64,000 bases of DNA from Moniliella sp. 'wahieum'. Lineage: Eukaryota. Of this stretch, positions 26,955 to 39,293 are shown piece by piece. The DNA lies in NCBI GenBank assembly GCA_003971905.1, contig RSEE01000003.1:1116001-1180000 (forward strand). The letters run 5' to 3'. A program made the position numbers and the translations under genes. Under the pieces are notes generated by a model that made no database searches, was not told the origin of the DNA, and was given only the letters and a program-made list of their open reading frames with translations. The number at the start of each line of letters is the position of its first letter. The stretch's first letter is position 1.

Positions 26955-28884
26955 TCATCTCGTTGCCGGAGCGAGAGATAAGAGAGCGCCGAGCGGAGTG
27001 CGGCATACAGGGCAGGTATACTTGGTGCGCATCCTGCGTCCCGCTTGAGCTTCCGCCTGGCGCGCAGCGGCCGTCGACGCACGCAAGGCAATCGCACACG
27101 CACGACAGAGACTGTGCGTACACGGTAAGAGAAGTGTGGTGGGACGTTCCCAGAGACAGATCAGGCATTCACCCTCGGAAGGTGGGTGGGTACTGGGAGC
27201 AAGTACCATGGGCGCAGAAAAGCGGCCAGTCGTACCCCCTTCCTCTTCATCTTCCTCCTCCTCTTGGAACGCCGGAGACGTAGCAGCGGACGCTTGCACA
27301 GTCGCTGCGGGCGGTAAGGTGCTCAGTCCATACAGCTCCTTGAGTTGGAACCGATGGTCGTGCACCTCCACCTCCTGTTTCTCCACCCACAGCGACCAGA
27401 GTCGCTGGCCACCTCGAGCTTCGACCGAGTGCAGGCGCAGGTAAGTCGTTTGTAAGTTGACTGGTCGGAGGGGGTGCCCTGTTCATCGTGTTAGCCGCGC
27501 CCGTCCTATCCAAGTAAAAAGGGTGGAGATGGGGGAGGGAGGGAGGGGCGTACTGTACATACTGTCTTCACCCAGCGCTTCGACCACAATCACCATCTTG
27601 AGAGTTTCCCTGGTGGCTTTTTCGTACTTGGCTCGCTCTGCAGGGAGCAAGGAAGGTTCATCTCCCTTCCGCAGCGACGGTCCCATGGAGTGGACATTGG
27701 ATTCTTGCAAAGGGAGGACCGGTTCAAATTCAAGTGGGGTGGGAGAGTGGTGGCCTGGAAGCTTCTGGTCCTCCTCCTCCTCAGCCTTGGCCATGGGATC
27801 CGTCTTGCTTTCCTTGGTGGTTAGAGGGGTCGCAGGTGGGGCATACAGATCCAAGTGAAGTGCAAGGGGGAGAAGAACACGACGTTCAAACCCTCGAGAC
27901 ACACGATCGGAAAATACAGGGTACCCCAATACATGTTCCGCTGGCTTCCCCAGCTGGGCAAACCAACCTCGATCGGTAGGGGATGATACGGGAGACCAAG
28001 TGCCGTGCTTACGCGAAGCACGGACAAACACATTGATGCTCGCCCACGGAGCGGCCGAGTCGATGTCCAAAGCAAGGAAATGGGTAGGTGGCGGACCATG
28101 GTAACCCAATTGATCCTCCATCGTCGTCTGGCTAGCGGGACGGAGCAAAAGACTGTTCCGTTTGAGATTGACATAGGACTGCAACGATGTGACCAACATC
28201 GGCTCTCCCATGCCGTCCGGCTCAGCCTCCTTCCCCTTCCGACTTTTCTTCTCGTTCCCGTCGGACAACGCGGGGCGCCATCGCCTGCGATCGGTCCATC
28301 CAGGACAACAGCGTATCGTACCGGACACCCCGTAAGTCTTCAGAAGGCAATGGGGGCGACGTCTCTTGCAGCGTAGCGTCTCCAAAGCCCAATCCGCTGA
28401 TTGCTGTGAATCGAGGGACACTGTCCTGGTCTGTAGGCGCGCTGGGGCCAAACCAGCCCCAAAGGCCGACACCAACGGGCCAAAGAGCGCAGCTCGGTCA
28501 TCCTGCTCTTTTTTGATCCGACGCCTGTGCCGCGCAGCTTGACGTGCTTGGCGTGCAAGGTCATCGGGTGGAACGGGACCCGGCGACGAAGGGACTGGGA
28601 AGGCGCCCCGATTGGGCCCTAGTCGCTGTAGGCGACCCGGCTCGCGGACAAGCGACCCCATCGCTTCGTCCGGCTCGAGCGGCAGCGTAGCAACCGAGGA
28701 AAAGCAAGCGACCGCACGCCTCGCTCAAGGGCTCGGCGTTCTTGTACCTCCCTGGCATGGGGAGGAAGAGCGGGACTGGCGCGGAAGCGTCGCCAGTGGC
28801 CGCTTGAGCCTCCACGTCGCCGGCGGCTCTCATCTCCATCTCAGCTTGTTGAGAGGGGGGCTGACGACGGAAAAGGGAGAACAT
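26955..28884 (-). CDS. MGRN1/LOG2-like RING E3 ubiquitin ligase
   Basis: TSLQSYVNLKRNSL, LKMVIVVEAL, VEKQEVEVHDHRFQLKELYGL and C-terminal RING ECLICLWERPTTLLLPCTHSLCRAC..YTCPVCR; frameshifted. Confidence 0.8.
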
Positions 28885-29728
28885 CAGGGCGGGTTTGTCC
28901 AGGGGGGGGGTATATGGGGGGGGTCAGGAATGCGGTGGTGTTGGGCAATGCGATGGTAATGGGCGACCTGGGCTGCAGTTGGTCCTCGGTGAGAGAAGGC
29001 CGGTGGCGGCGAATGTGATTTTGGATTGCATCAGGTTCTGGTGGTTATCGATTATCACCTGCTAATGCGCTGATAAAGTCATCGATAAAGCGATGAGCGT
29101 TGGCCGATGAGCGATCGCGGTGATCGATGATCGGGCGAGCGATCGCGTATGGCATGCTATCAAGTCCTCTCAGCCTCTGCTGGGATGGTCGACAGCCGAT
29201 AGGAGCGCCGCCAGGAAATCTGCCCTCGTCCGCCCGCCTCTGTCCTGGTGCCTGCCCTGGTCTGGCGATCGAGTAAGCCTCGGGTGCACGTGCCAGGCCT
29301 GCCAGACCTCAGGCTGGCATATTGATGTGACCAGATGCCGATGCCAAGCGAAACGGCAAGGAAGAGCGCTGTAGTACAGTAGGTCAAGTAGGCCATACTA
29401 GGGATTGATTGCTGGTGAGCGATAGAAGAGAGCAGCAGAGAGGGAGGAGGGAGTGGAAGAGAGGAAGACCAAGCTACGATTGCCGAAACTTCGGGGAGGA
29501 GACACGTCGGACTGCAAAACTTTCGCCCGCGGAGGGAACCGTAGCGGAGCGGGCGGATTAGGGTGGAAGTGGTTGGGAGCGCCAGAGTCCGGCTATGCTC
29601 TTGGCACACTGCAGTAGTGTTCCAACAATATGCCCGCAAGCATATCCAGGGCTATCCAACAAGTCACAAGTCTACGACGACTGGGAAAAGAGAGTAGGAA
29701 AAGATGCAGATGGAATATAAGTGCCTCC

Positions 29729-31773
29729 CTACCATGGCATCTCCTCCAGCGCCTCCTCGGCGGCCAAGGAAGCGAGACACGTCTCCGTCTCTTCCGGCGC
29801 AGGCGTAGGCGTTGGCGTGTGGCGATGGACATGAACGGCGCCCGAGGCGAGCGCGGCAGTGCGCGATTTGGACGACTTGGATTCGTGCAGGGCACGTTCC
29901 AACAGGTCGGGATCAAATGCACGAAGTCGCTCACAAAAGCGATCAAAGATTGTGGGTGCACTCCACGTCTCATTTCCTTCCGCCTCAGTGTCTGGATCCA
30001 CACCATCATGGTCCTCGCACCCTTTGAACCCCGAAAGTTGGTCCCAGCGGGTAGCCATGAACCGTAGCACCGAAGCCAGCACCGGCCCGGCCGAGACAAA
30101 GTTCTGCGTTAGCGCCACACACTCTTCCAGATTGATCACGATGTGCCACCAGCCATGGGGACGTAGACCGTTTCCCCTCGCCCGCAAACGGCCTCTAACA
30201 GCGTGCCATCGCCGCCCATGCTACGCGGGCCATGGAGACGTTTGGTCTCGTCGTAAAACCCATGTACCCACTCAGCAATGGACAAGGGTGCAGTCACCTC
30301 CGCCTCGTCTTCCGTCACGTACACTCCGGGGGAGGGCGGTCGGGCGGGAGCATCAACCACAGCTTGCTCCCGTCCAAGATGGTGTTCCAAGCGGAGGTCA
30401 TGTTGGGATCCTTATGCCATCCGCTCCCACTCCTACGCGGACCAGCAATGATCCAGCGAAAGTCGGGACGGTACCCGCCCAAGAGGCGGAACAAGTCCGC
30501 CTTGGTTTCCCTCCGCGCTAGGTCCTCTCCCACCGCCGAAAGGGGAGGGGGCAATACGCCAGCAGGCACCGAGCCGAGGTACGCCGGCACACGCCAGTCG
30601 CGCTGGGCCTTAGGGTGGGTGGCAAATGTGCGTCAAAGAGGTACATGGGCGATTCGTCCGCCACGTTAAGGGATCCCACCAGGCAGCACCTTGCTCTGGC
30701 AGCTCTGCGTCGTCGGTATAGACCCGATCAAAGGCGCCTGAGGAACGAGCATAGTCACGGTACACGGGCAGAGTGCACGAGAAACTCTCAGCTGCAAAAA
30801 GTGGCTGATGGCCCTCCGAGTCGGTACCAAACTCATCCGCCAGGCGATCCAAGGTCCACGTCATACACTCGTATTCTCCGTTGGGCCCAGCGCCAGTCGG
30901 ATCCTGTACCCCCGACGTGTCAATGATGGCTGGTGTGTTGGTGAGACAGTAGGAAGTGAAAAACTCCTCGGCTGTCAACGCGGTTGCAGCGAGTACCCCC
31001 TCGCCCCGCACGCCGGGGCGATCCCTGCCGCGCGCATGGATATGCGATGGATGGGCGTATGAGCAAGCCGGCGCTGCAGGAGCTTGCTGCGGCACGCCCG
31101 GGCAGGCTGGCCATCGGTGTACTGAGACACATACGGAAACCATTGTGCGAAGGAGAGGGTGGAGAGGTTGAAAGGCTCGTACAATTGGTCCGAGTAGTAA
31201 TGCCAGCTGGGAAGGTCTTGCGACAGCTGCAGTGCGGCCTGCCGCGGCCGAAGAAGAAATCGGTCCACCGCCTCAGGCTCGTTGGCAAGCACAAACTGGC
31301 CCACATAGGATGCACGCCAGCTTCCCAGCCAGGCGCGGAGGAGCGAACGGCTAGGACCATCCAGGGGATTGGTGTGCTGTCCTGGCGTAATGGCAGCAGC
31401 CCACGTGAAGAGTTCCTTCCACATACGCGGTTGAGCAAGGAGCACCGCACCCACCCGGCTCACCTGTGCCAGGCGAGCAAGGCACACCGCCGCCCCGGTC
31501 GCTGGGTCAGAAGGATGGAAGCTTGCCGGCAAACTGGGCGATACGCGGCAGGAGTTCCACCAAGGCCTCGTCGGTGAGCCGGCTCAATGCGCCCAAGCCG
31601 GCAGCCCGACGCTGGGTGGTCTGCGAGGCGGCGGCAGACCCAAGGCATTGCCGAGCGGGCGGATGCGAAGCGGATGCGGGCGGCGAGCGGGGGCAGGGGG
31701 GCTGGGTGCGCGCGCGTTTGGACGGCGGGCCCGGCTGGAGACTGGGCTCAGTGTCAGCGGTGGATATAGGCAT
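29729..31773 (-). CDS. JmjC-domain dioxygenase, JMJD6-like with N-terminal F-box-like segment
   Basis: [103 protein letters not shown] (HxD...H triad present); frameshifted. Confidence 0.9.
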
Positions 31774-32398
31774 GGAAGACGGACAGGGCTGAGAAGACGG
31801 GAGAGAAGAGTGTGGTGGGCGAGACTATGTATGTGCGGCGTGTGTCGACTGCGTCGACAGCATGCCCAGGCGCCTGGCCAGCCCAGCCGAATTTTTTTGT
31901 TCGCCCGGGATGGCCTGATTAAATGGGCGGGGCGATCGGTGCATCGCACGCATCAGCCATTGGGCTGGTCACGGGTGGGCGTGGGTGTGGCCTGCTGCGC
32001 GGAGACGGTGTTGTTGAACGTTCAACCGGCCGTGTGGGTGCACGTACTCGTACTCCGCCCGAGTACCCAACGGAGTCTCAGACCGACGTGTTGACAGGAG
32101 ACAGGGGGCGAGGGCGGCGAGAGTGGCGCCGTGCGGCTCAGGAGGCCACGCGCTGTTGCCGCCAGCTGCCACGCAGTTAAAGTACGGCGGTGCGCGCTGC
32201 TGCGCGGCAGATGCTGCCCCAGTGCGGCGCCAGTGCTGAACCCCTGCCCACGGTGTCCTGTCTTTATAGCCGCTACCAACGGGGGTTATTTATCTGCCCC
32301 ACCTACACCACCCCGCGCCCCTCACCTCCACCTCCGCCTCTGCCCCCGCCCTTGGCCTGCTACACCACCCTCTCTCCGTCCAAAGCACATCCGTCGGC

Positions 32399-33028
32399 AT
32401 GCCTCCTGTTGTGCTGATCCCTACGGCGCGGCCCCCCCCACCCCCTGTCTGCATCCATTCCCCCACCGCCGCCCGACTCTCGCCCAAGTCATTGGCGTCC
32501 CGCAGGTCCCCGAGCGTTATGACGGTACCAACACACATTCTCCACTCGCCTCGCCCTTGCGTCTTGCGGCACCCTTTGCTCAGCCCCGCACATGCATCAC
32601 CTGCCGCTGCCGCTGCGTCGGCCGTGACACCCAACAGCGCATCCCCCTGTCCCTCTCCACGGCCAAGCTCAAGTGCTGCCTCGTCAACGCTCGCAGCCCT
32701 CTTGGGGTTCGACACCTCGTACTTGTCTTGTACGCCCACGTCCTTGTCAGGCAACATTACGACGTTCGAAGAGGGCGCCTCTCTACCGTCTCTTGTGTCG
32801 CCCCCTTTTGGGGGAGGGCACACCCCCATTCGGGCCGCGCCTTCGACCTGCTCGGACGAAGAAGAAGAACTGGAACGTCTGTTGAGCCAGTTTGAAGCGC
32901 AATTTATGCCCCACCTCCAGTCGCTGCCACCGCCCTTGCCTACCCTGCCTCCGCCTCCACCTCGGTCGCTCTCACTTGCCTCCCCGTCCGACTTGTTTTA
33001 CTCCCCAGTCGTGCCGCCCACACTATGA
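32399..33028 (+). CDS. Hypothetical Ser/Pro-rich protein
   Basis: 209-aa ATG-initiated ORF downstream of TTTATA and a C-rich leader; acidic helix SDEEEELERLLSQFEAQF; no recognisable domain; may continue to ~33300 after a frameshift. Confidence 0.4.
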   Translation: MPPVVLIPTARPPPPPVCIHSPTAARLSPKSLASRRSPSVMTVPTHILHSPRPCVLRHPLLSPAHASPAAAAASAVTPNSASPCPSPRPSSSAASSTLAALLGFDTSYLSCTPTSLSGNITTFEEGASLPSLVSPPFGGGHTPIRAAPSTCSDEEEELERLLSQFEAQFMPHLQSLPPPLPTLPPPPPRSLSLASPSDLFYSPVVPPTL

Positions 33029-33686
33029 GACCGCCACCACTTTCTTCCCCTCCGGACCAACCTCTTCCCAAGCCGCCATGCGCTCACAAGGACCCACCAG
33101 CGTCCTCCCTCCCCGCCTCGAACTCGGTACCAGTAGGTCAGGACGACTACATTCATCGTTGGCGGCGTCAGTCCACCATGCCCATCTCCTCGATCCTCCC
33201 CCCAGGCCACACTGGATTGACCAAGATTGATCACGATTGACCCCCCTCCCTTGCGCTCCATTCTCATATGTCCCCTAACCGCATTGCCCTCGGCTAGCAT
33301 ACTGTCCCCACCCCGACTAATGTAAATTCCCCGTGTACCTGGTTACGCACCCCATCCGTCGTCATGAAGAGGCAGAATGCAGCATGGTCAGAGACCAGCG
33401 TAGTCGTACGTATTCCAGTTGCCGCTGTCGAAGGAGCTGAAGCGACAGGCGGGGAAGAATGTGTCTCCCCTCTTGGACCGTCGAGGCTTTTTGTTTGTTG
33501 ACACAGAACGACGAGTATCTACACTTGATACACGCACATTTCATAGTAGTTTTTCTGGATTGATTCGGATGAGAACACGTGTTCTCTTTCATAGGTACAG
33601 TGCGGTCGACGTTTTGCTGTCTATCAACTTATGCCGTGATGCTATAGGGGGGGGCCTTGGTCGTTGCCCCTGAGAGAGACGCTTGT

Positions 33687-34890
33687 TTTACTGTAGTGGT
33701 ACACGGAAGCAGACCAACACGCTTCGTCAGCTGCTTCGCTGTATACAGTGAGAGAAGGGCGAGAGCAGGAGGAGATGTGCTGTATGCAGAGTTTGAAGCT
33801 CTCTCTCTGGATAGAAGCGTGGCGGATTCCTTGCGGCGAGAACCCATAGGAAAAAACACGGTCAAAGTAAAGCAGTTTCTAGCTCCGTAATGCGGCGGGT
33901 GGCATTACGGGTAGTGTCGCCGCTACGAGACCCAGACAGGTGGGGCAGGGGCACCGGGGCCGTTGCCCCCTCTGGAGGGAGAGCGGCGGGCGACAGCGGC
34001 GGGCAGCGGCGCTGCAGACGAGATGCAGGCCGGGGACAGGCTTGCCGGGGGATGGCTCTTCGCCTCCATCTCCGCTGTGGCAGCCGAAGGTGCGCTGCTG
34101 CCTGCTGCTGTCGCCCACCGCCTCCTTGCGCTCCTGCCCTCCGCCCGGCCACCACACCAGAGGACACGTCCCCTGCCTCGTACGTCTGCCCCCCCTCGTA
34201 CGTCTGCCCCCCCTCGTGCGTCTGCCCCCCTCGTGCGTCTGCCCCCCCTCGTGCGTATCTCCCCTGTCCCCCGCCCGCGCTCGTCGCCACCACCACCCCC
34301 TCCCATCCGCATCCCCCCCTCTGACCCCATCATGCCCCTAGACGTCCCCGCACCCCCCCTCCCGTTCCCACCATGGACGACGGCTCGCACAGTTGCCCGT
34401 GTTGCAACTACGACCCCCAGCAGGGCTATTACAGCTATGACAACATGCACCCTGGCTACTACAGCTATGACAACATGCCCCCTTTCTGCCAACAGCACAT
34501 GTACTGCCAGCACATGTACTACCACCAACAACAGATGTACAACAACAGCTTGATGGCCGCTGGCGGCGGCGCCAACCAGGCCGCGCCCCACCCCCCCCCA
34601 ACACCATGGACGACGGCTCGCGGAGTTACCGGTCCAAACTACGACCCCAGCAGGGCTACGGCTATGACAACATGCCCCGTGATCACTACAGCCATGACAA
34701 CATGCGCCATGGCGGCCAGCACATGTACGTCCATCAGCAGATTTACAACAACATCAACATTGTCACCCCCTCCACAATGGCCGCTGGTGGGGGTTCCGTA
34801 GCGTCGTCCGCCGCTTCCTCGGACCCTAACCGTCTTGGACCGTCGGGGCTCGATTCGTTGCCACAGAACGACGGGGGAACAAAAAAATGA
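33687..34890 (+). pseudogene. Partial duplicate of the upstream region and 5' coding end of the HMG-box gene
   Basis: 33687-33850 matches 35626-35787. 33983-34830 matches 36502-37078. The MDDGS..NYDPQQGY..NM..QHMY..QQMYNN segment occurs twice (34373, 34606). No HMG boxes follow. Confidence 0.8.
34178..34258. repeat. ~18-bp tandem repeat CTCGT(A/G)CGTCTGCCCCC(C) x4
   Basis: Read directly; an expansion of a unit present about twice at 36700-36735. Confidence 0.85.
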
Positions 34891-35625
34891 ACCCAAATGC
34901 CAGGCGTTGGAAAGGACTCATCGAGACAAACATTATTGTATCTCCGTTCCCTTTTGATCTTGCCTGTACCCCTCCTGGTTGATGGGGGTGTCCTTTCCCC
35001 CACCTTCCATTCTCGTCCACCCTCTATCCTCGTCCTTCCTGCATCCTGTCCGACCCTGCCCGTTTTCCAGCCAATTGATCCAGTAATCCAGCTTCTTCTT
35101 GTTAGCGTCTGACTTCTCCTCCGACCTCGTGCTCCAAAAATCCGTCAGTCCAGTCACCCGAGCCCCCTCCTCTGGCCGCGTCCAGTTCCAGTATCCATCC
35201 AGTCTCAGTTGAGGCGTGTTTGTCAACCTCTGCCTCCTCCCCCGTACCTAAGCCCCGGAGGCTTCAGACACGTTACTACGGCCCAAGCCGGTGCAGACGC
35301 AGCCTTGCCACACGAGCAGCCGCCCCACCAAAGGCCTCTCCTCGTCCCTTAGTAGCTCCGCTCAGATCCACCAACCAGCCCAAGCCCGAAACTACCGTGA
35401 GTCGACCTACCGTCGCTTAAGGGATTGTACCCCAAAACCCGAGGAGGGGCCAAATATGGTTAGGAAAAGGCTCTCGTCGGTGTTCCGCAGGTGTAGTGAT
35501 ACTTACGTGGGAGATCATGTGAGGACTGTCTCCAAAGGTGGATTTGGAGAAGTAGGCGCAGGAACTCCTGCGGGAAGACGTGACCATTGTACGTATGGCA
35601 CATTGCCCATGAGGGAGTCCCTTTT

Positions 35626-35787
35626 TTACTGTAGTGGTACGGAAGCAGACTACGCTTCGTCAGCTGCTTCGCTGTATGCAGTGGGAGAGAAGGGCGAGAG
35701 AAGGAGGAGATGTGCTGTTGGCGGAATTTGAATCTCTCCTCTCTGGATAGAAGCGAGGCGGATTCCTTGCGGTGAGAATCCATAGGG
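35626..35787 (+). repeat. Second copy of the ~160-bp block at 33687-33850
   Basis: Shared TTTACTGTAGTGGTAC..GGAAGCAGAC..ACGCTTCGTCAGCTGCTTCGCTGTAT..GAGAAGGGCGAGAG..GGAGGAGATGTGCTGT..CTCTGGATAGAAGCG.GGCGGATTCCTTGCGG.GAGAA.CCATAGG. Confidence 0.9.
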
Positions 35788-36809
35788 CAGCAAGGACAGT
35801 CAGTTTGACCGGCTCATGAGTCTGCCCCTTTTGGATGGGTGGGTGCGGCTGGCCACTCTCCTCGTCCAGTGCGCCCAGCAAGTGCAAGTTGGGTCTGACG
35901 TATTCGCTTGAACTCTCATCTCAGTTTGCACCTACACCCAGTCTAAGTTTTGGTAATACGGCAGTGCTCCTCACGTTCGTGCGCTCCATGGGAAACGGAT
36001 GGTCTGAATGATGAGCTGAGAACGCAGAGGCGATGGTACAGCTGGTATAGGTGGATTTGGTGTGCAAGCGGGAGGTGATGGTTGGCGATGCACGTGATGA
36101 CCATCAAACCGCGTGTGCTGCGCCAGGCAGAAGCTACAGAGGGGTGTGGGTGACGCGGTGACGGGGCGGTGTTACACCAGTGTTACATTCTTCTGCCGCG
36201 TGTAGATCGGTTTCTCCCGCACTGGCCCAGCGATGGATGGTGCCTGATGCATGACCATCCATGGCCGTGTTTGGGCCGAGTAGCATCCAACGCTGCCCAT
36301 CGCCCCCCCCGCCCAGACGCATGGCCTCGCGCGGCGCAGGCGCAGTGTCGGAACCCCGCGCGTATTCCGCTGCAGGGTCACGTCAGCAAGTTCAGCGCTG
36401 AGCACTGGCCCCATGCTTTAAGAGGCACACGGGCAGTGTTAATGCTGGGTGACCCAGACGCGTGGTGCGGTGGCACCCGGGCAGTGTGCACTGCAGGGGG
36501 CGCGGCGGGCGACGGCGGCGGGCAGCGGCACTGCGGACGAGATGCAGGCCGGGGGCAGGCTGGGCGGCGGCTGGCTCTACGCCTCCATCTCCCGCTGTGG
36601 CTGCCGAAAGTGCGCTGCCTGCTGTCGCCCACCGCCTCCCTTGCGCTCCTGCCCTCCGCCCGGCCACCACACCAGAGGACACGTCGCCTGCCCCGTGCTG
36701 CCCCCGCGTCTGCCCCCCTCGCCCCCCTCGTGCGTATCTCCCCTGCCCCCTGCCCGCGCTCGTCGCCGCCACCACCCCCTCCCACCCGCATCCCCCCCCT
36801 GACCCCATC

Positions 36810-38097
36810 ATGCCCCCGCAGACGTCCCCCGCGCTAACCGTTCCCACAATGGACGACGGCTCGCAGAGTTACCCGTTCAACTACGACCCCCAGCAGGGCT
36901 ACAGCTATGGCAACATGCCCCTGGCTACCAGCACATGTACTATCAGCAGATGTACAACAACTTCAACATGGTCACCCCCTCCATGATGGCCGCGGCGGCG
37001 CCAACCAGGCCGCGCCCCAGGCTCCCCCAACGCCGCCGTGCCTGGTTCCGTCGCGTCATCTGCTGCTCCCTCGGACCCCGCCGCGGCTGCTGCTGCTGCT
37101 GCCGCACAACACTACATGCCTTACGGCCACCCGCAGTACTTTGCCGGAATGATGCCCCCGGGCATGTCACCTACGAGACGGCCGCCGCTTCCGCCGCCGC
37201 TGCTGGCTCGAAACACGCCAAGATCAAGGATGCCATGGGTGGTCTGGATGAGCGCAAGTTCAAAAAGAAGGAGATCCTGTCGTCAAGAAGCCTGCGCGGC
37301 CGCACGTGCGGCCGCCAAAGCAAGCGCCGTCGGCCTGGCAGATTTACTTCAACGAGTTGCCGATATGCGCGCCAAGAACCCGTCGGAACGATTGAACGTG
37401 TCCCATGTCGCCCGTGGTGCTGGGGAGCGGTACAACGCGTTGCCGAGGAGGAGAAGCGTCGGTACTACGAAGAATCGCTTCGCCGCAAGGCGCAGTGGGA
37501 AGCCGACGTGCAGGCTTGGCTTGAGAAGTTGTCGCCCGAGGACATCAAGCTGGAAAATGCGTACCGCACCCAGCAGCGCAAGTCGGGCAAGTCGCGCAAG
37601 TCGAACTTGAAGGATCCGCATGCGCCCAAGAAACCGCTTTCGGCTTACTTTTTGTTCCTTCGTTCCATTCGCGCCTCGCCCGAGATGACCAAGGAGGGGT
37701 TTAATGACGAGAGTGAAACAACGAAACAAAGTGTCCTGGCTGCTACCAAGTGGCGCGAGCTCGACGAAGACCGGAAACAGCCCTACCTTCTCAAGGCGGA
37801 GCAGGACAAGCAGCGGTACGAGGAGGCGCGCAAGATGTACGACTCAGCAACGTCGGTGCCTGGTGTAGACGCGTTGGTTGCGCACGAGCAGGCGCAACAG
37901 GCAGGCAAGGCAGCGGCCAAGAAGTTTGCCGAGACCAACCCGCAGATCCAAGAGATTATTGCGCAAGGCCGTGTCCCTCGGCGCTGACGTTTGATGTGGA
38001 CGAGGAAGATGTCCAGTTGGCTGCACAGGCCGCGACGCACAAGGACCATGGGCGTCACGGTCGCAAGTTGGCCAGTACGAAGCTGAATGAATGTTGA
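36810..38097 (+). CDS. Two-box HMG protein resembling Coprinopsis Exp1, with Y/Q/N-rich N-terminus
   Basis: Box 1 PPKQAPSAWQIYF..LNVSHVARGAGERYNAL; linker PEDIKLENAYRTQQRKSGKSRKSNLKD; box 2 PHAPKKPLSAYFLFLRSIR..ETTKQSVLAATKWREL..PYLLKAEQDKQRYEEARKMY; frameshifted. Confidence 0.9.
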
Positions 38098-38989
38098 GCG
38101 AGGCGGCCGAATCGAAGTAAAAGCCTTTTACTTCTTCGGGTCTCGATCTCGACGCGTCGGACGTCGGACGTCGGGCGGACGGGTCTTGTTGTTCTGGTGT
38201 ACTATTCCTCCCTGTTCCTGATGGCTATGCGCGTCCTAATCCGTTGTCCGTTGTCCGTTCTCCCTTTCTCTTCCTTTTTCTCCTTTCTTTTTTTTCTCTC
38301 TCTCTGTCGTCCCCTTTACATCTTCCTTGCTGCGGGTGGCTCAACTGAACGTTGAACCCTCGTGGCACCTGAGGATGGCAATCGGTTATGTTGTCTGTAC
38401 ATTGGCTTTTGAAGGCTTGCTTGCTTGCTTGCTGTGCGTTAGGCCAGTGGGCCGTCTGCCCGTCTACAGTTGTGCTCCTGCATCTTTGATGCCGCAGGCC
38501 TCAGGGCCATAGCCCCCGTTCCGTGTCTATACTCAACGTTCGCCGTTCAACCTCATCTGAGTCCCGAATGTACTTTGATCTGCGTCGTGGTGCCTGGGCA
38601 GGCTCAGGCGCTCAGGGCTCGCGCTCACCACCAGGAGAGACCCAATCACTATAGTAGTGGGTTGTTGGGGGAAATATGCACGACACAGATGTGCTGAAGA
38701 TGAATGGTAAACTGACCCGCTCGAGGGAAAGACTGAGTACTGAACAGACTTAATGAAGCAGAGCACGAGGACGCCAACGGTGTAAGGAACACAGACCAAC
38801 AGTAGTATTATAGCCCGCGGGAAAGTTTCCCACCCTCTCAGCCACAAACACAAAGGAGAGACGAGAGTACTTTGGTTTGGTTCAACGTACAGCGTCCAGA
38901 CAAGCTGGCCGGGTCTTCTGACGTAAACAGCCTAGGCAAAAGGAAGGCAAGGAGAGCATGTCGTCTGACGCGTCGCGTTGCGGGTTGCG

Positions 38990-39022
38990 CGTGACGAGTG
39001 ACGTGTGACGCATGACGCGTGA
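38990..39022. repeat. Heptamer array TGA-CGAG-TGA-CGTG-TGA-CGCA-TGA-CGCG-TGA upstream of SMC6
   Basis: TGA at 38992, 38999, 39006, 39013 and 39020. Confidence 0.85.
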
Positions 39023-39293
39023 AGACCGGCGCGCGCCCCCTGGTTTTGAACGTTGCAAGGTACAGGCGTACTTAAGGAGGATGGATGGGTGACATTAGAC
39101 GCGTCGCACGCGGGCAGCCGACGCGCTGCGGGCGGGCGGGCGGGTGGCGCGCGGGGCGGAAGGCGGGAGGCGGAAGCGCAGACGGCGCATCGGCAGGGCC
39201 TGAATCCTATTCCCTGAATGCCCAGCGGACGCGTCCAGTTGGCGCCACCGACCGACCCCCACGTCCCCCCACCACCTGCCTCGACACGCCACC

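Noticed and set aside
26315..27168. ORFs with KAKQS/CFALL repeats
   Set aside because: Translation artefacts of the pentamer microsatellite.
33629..35783. Paired minus-strand ORFs MGSRRKESA../MDSHRKESA.. as a small gene family
   Set aside because: The similarity follows from the DNA duplication, and the frames diverge through indels with no sign of coding constraint.
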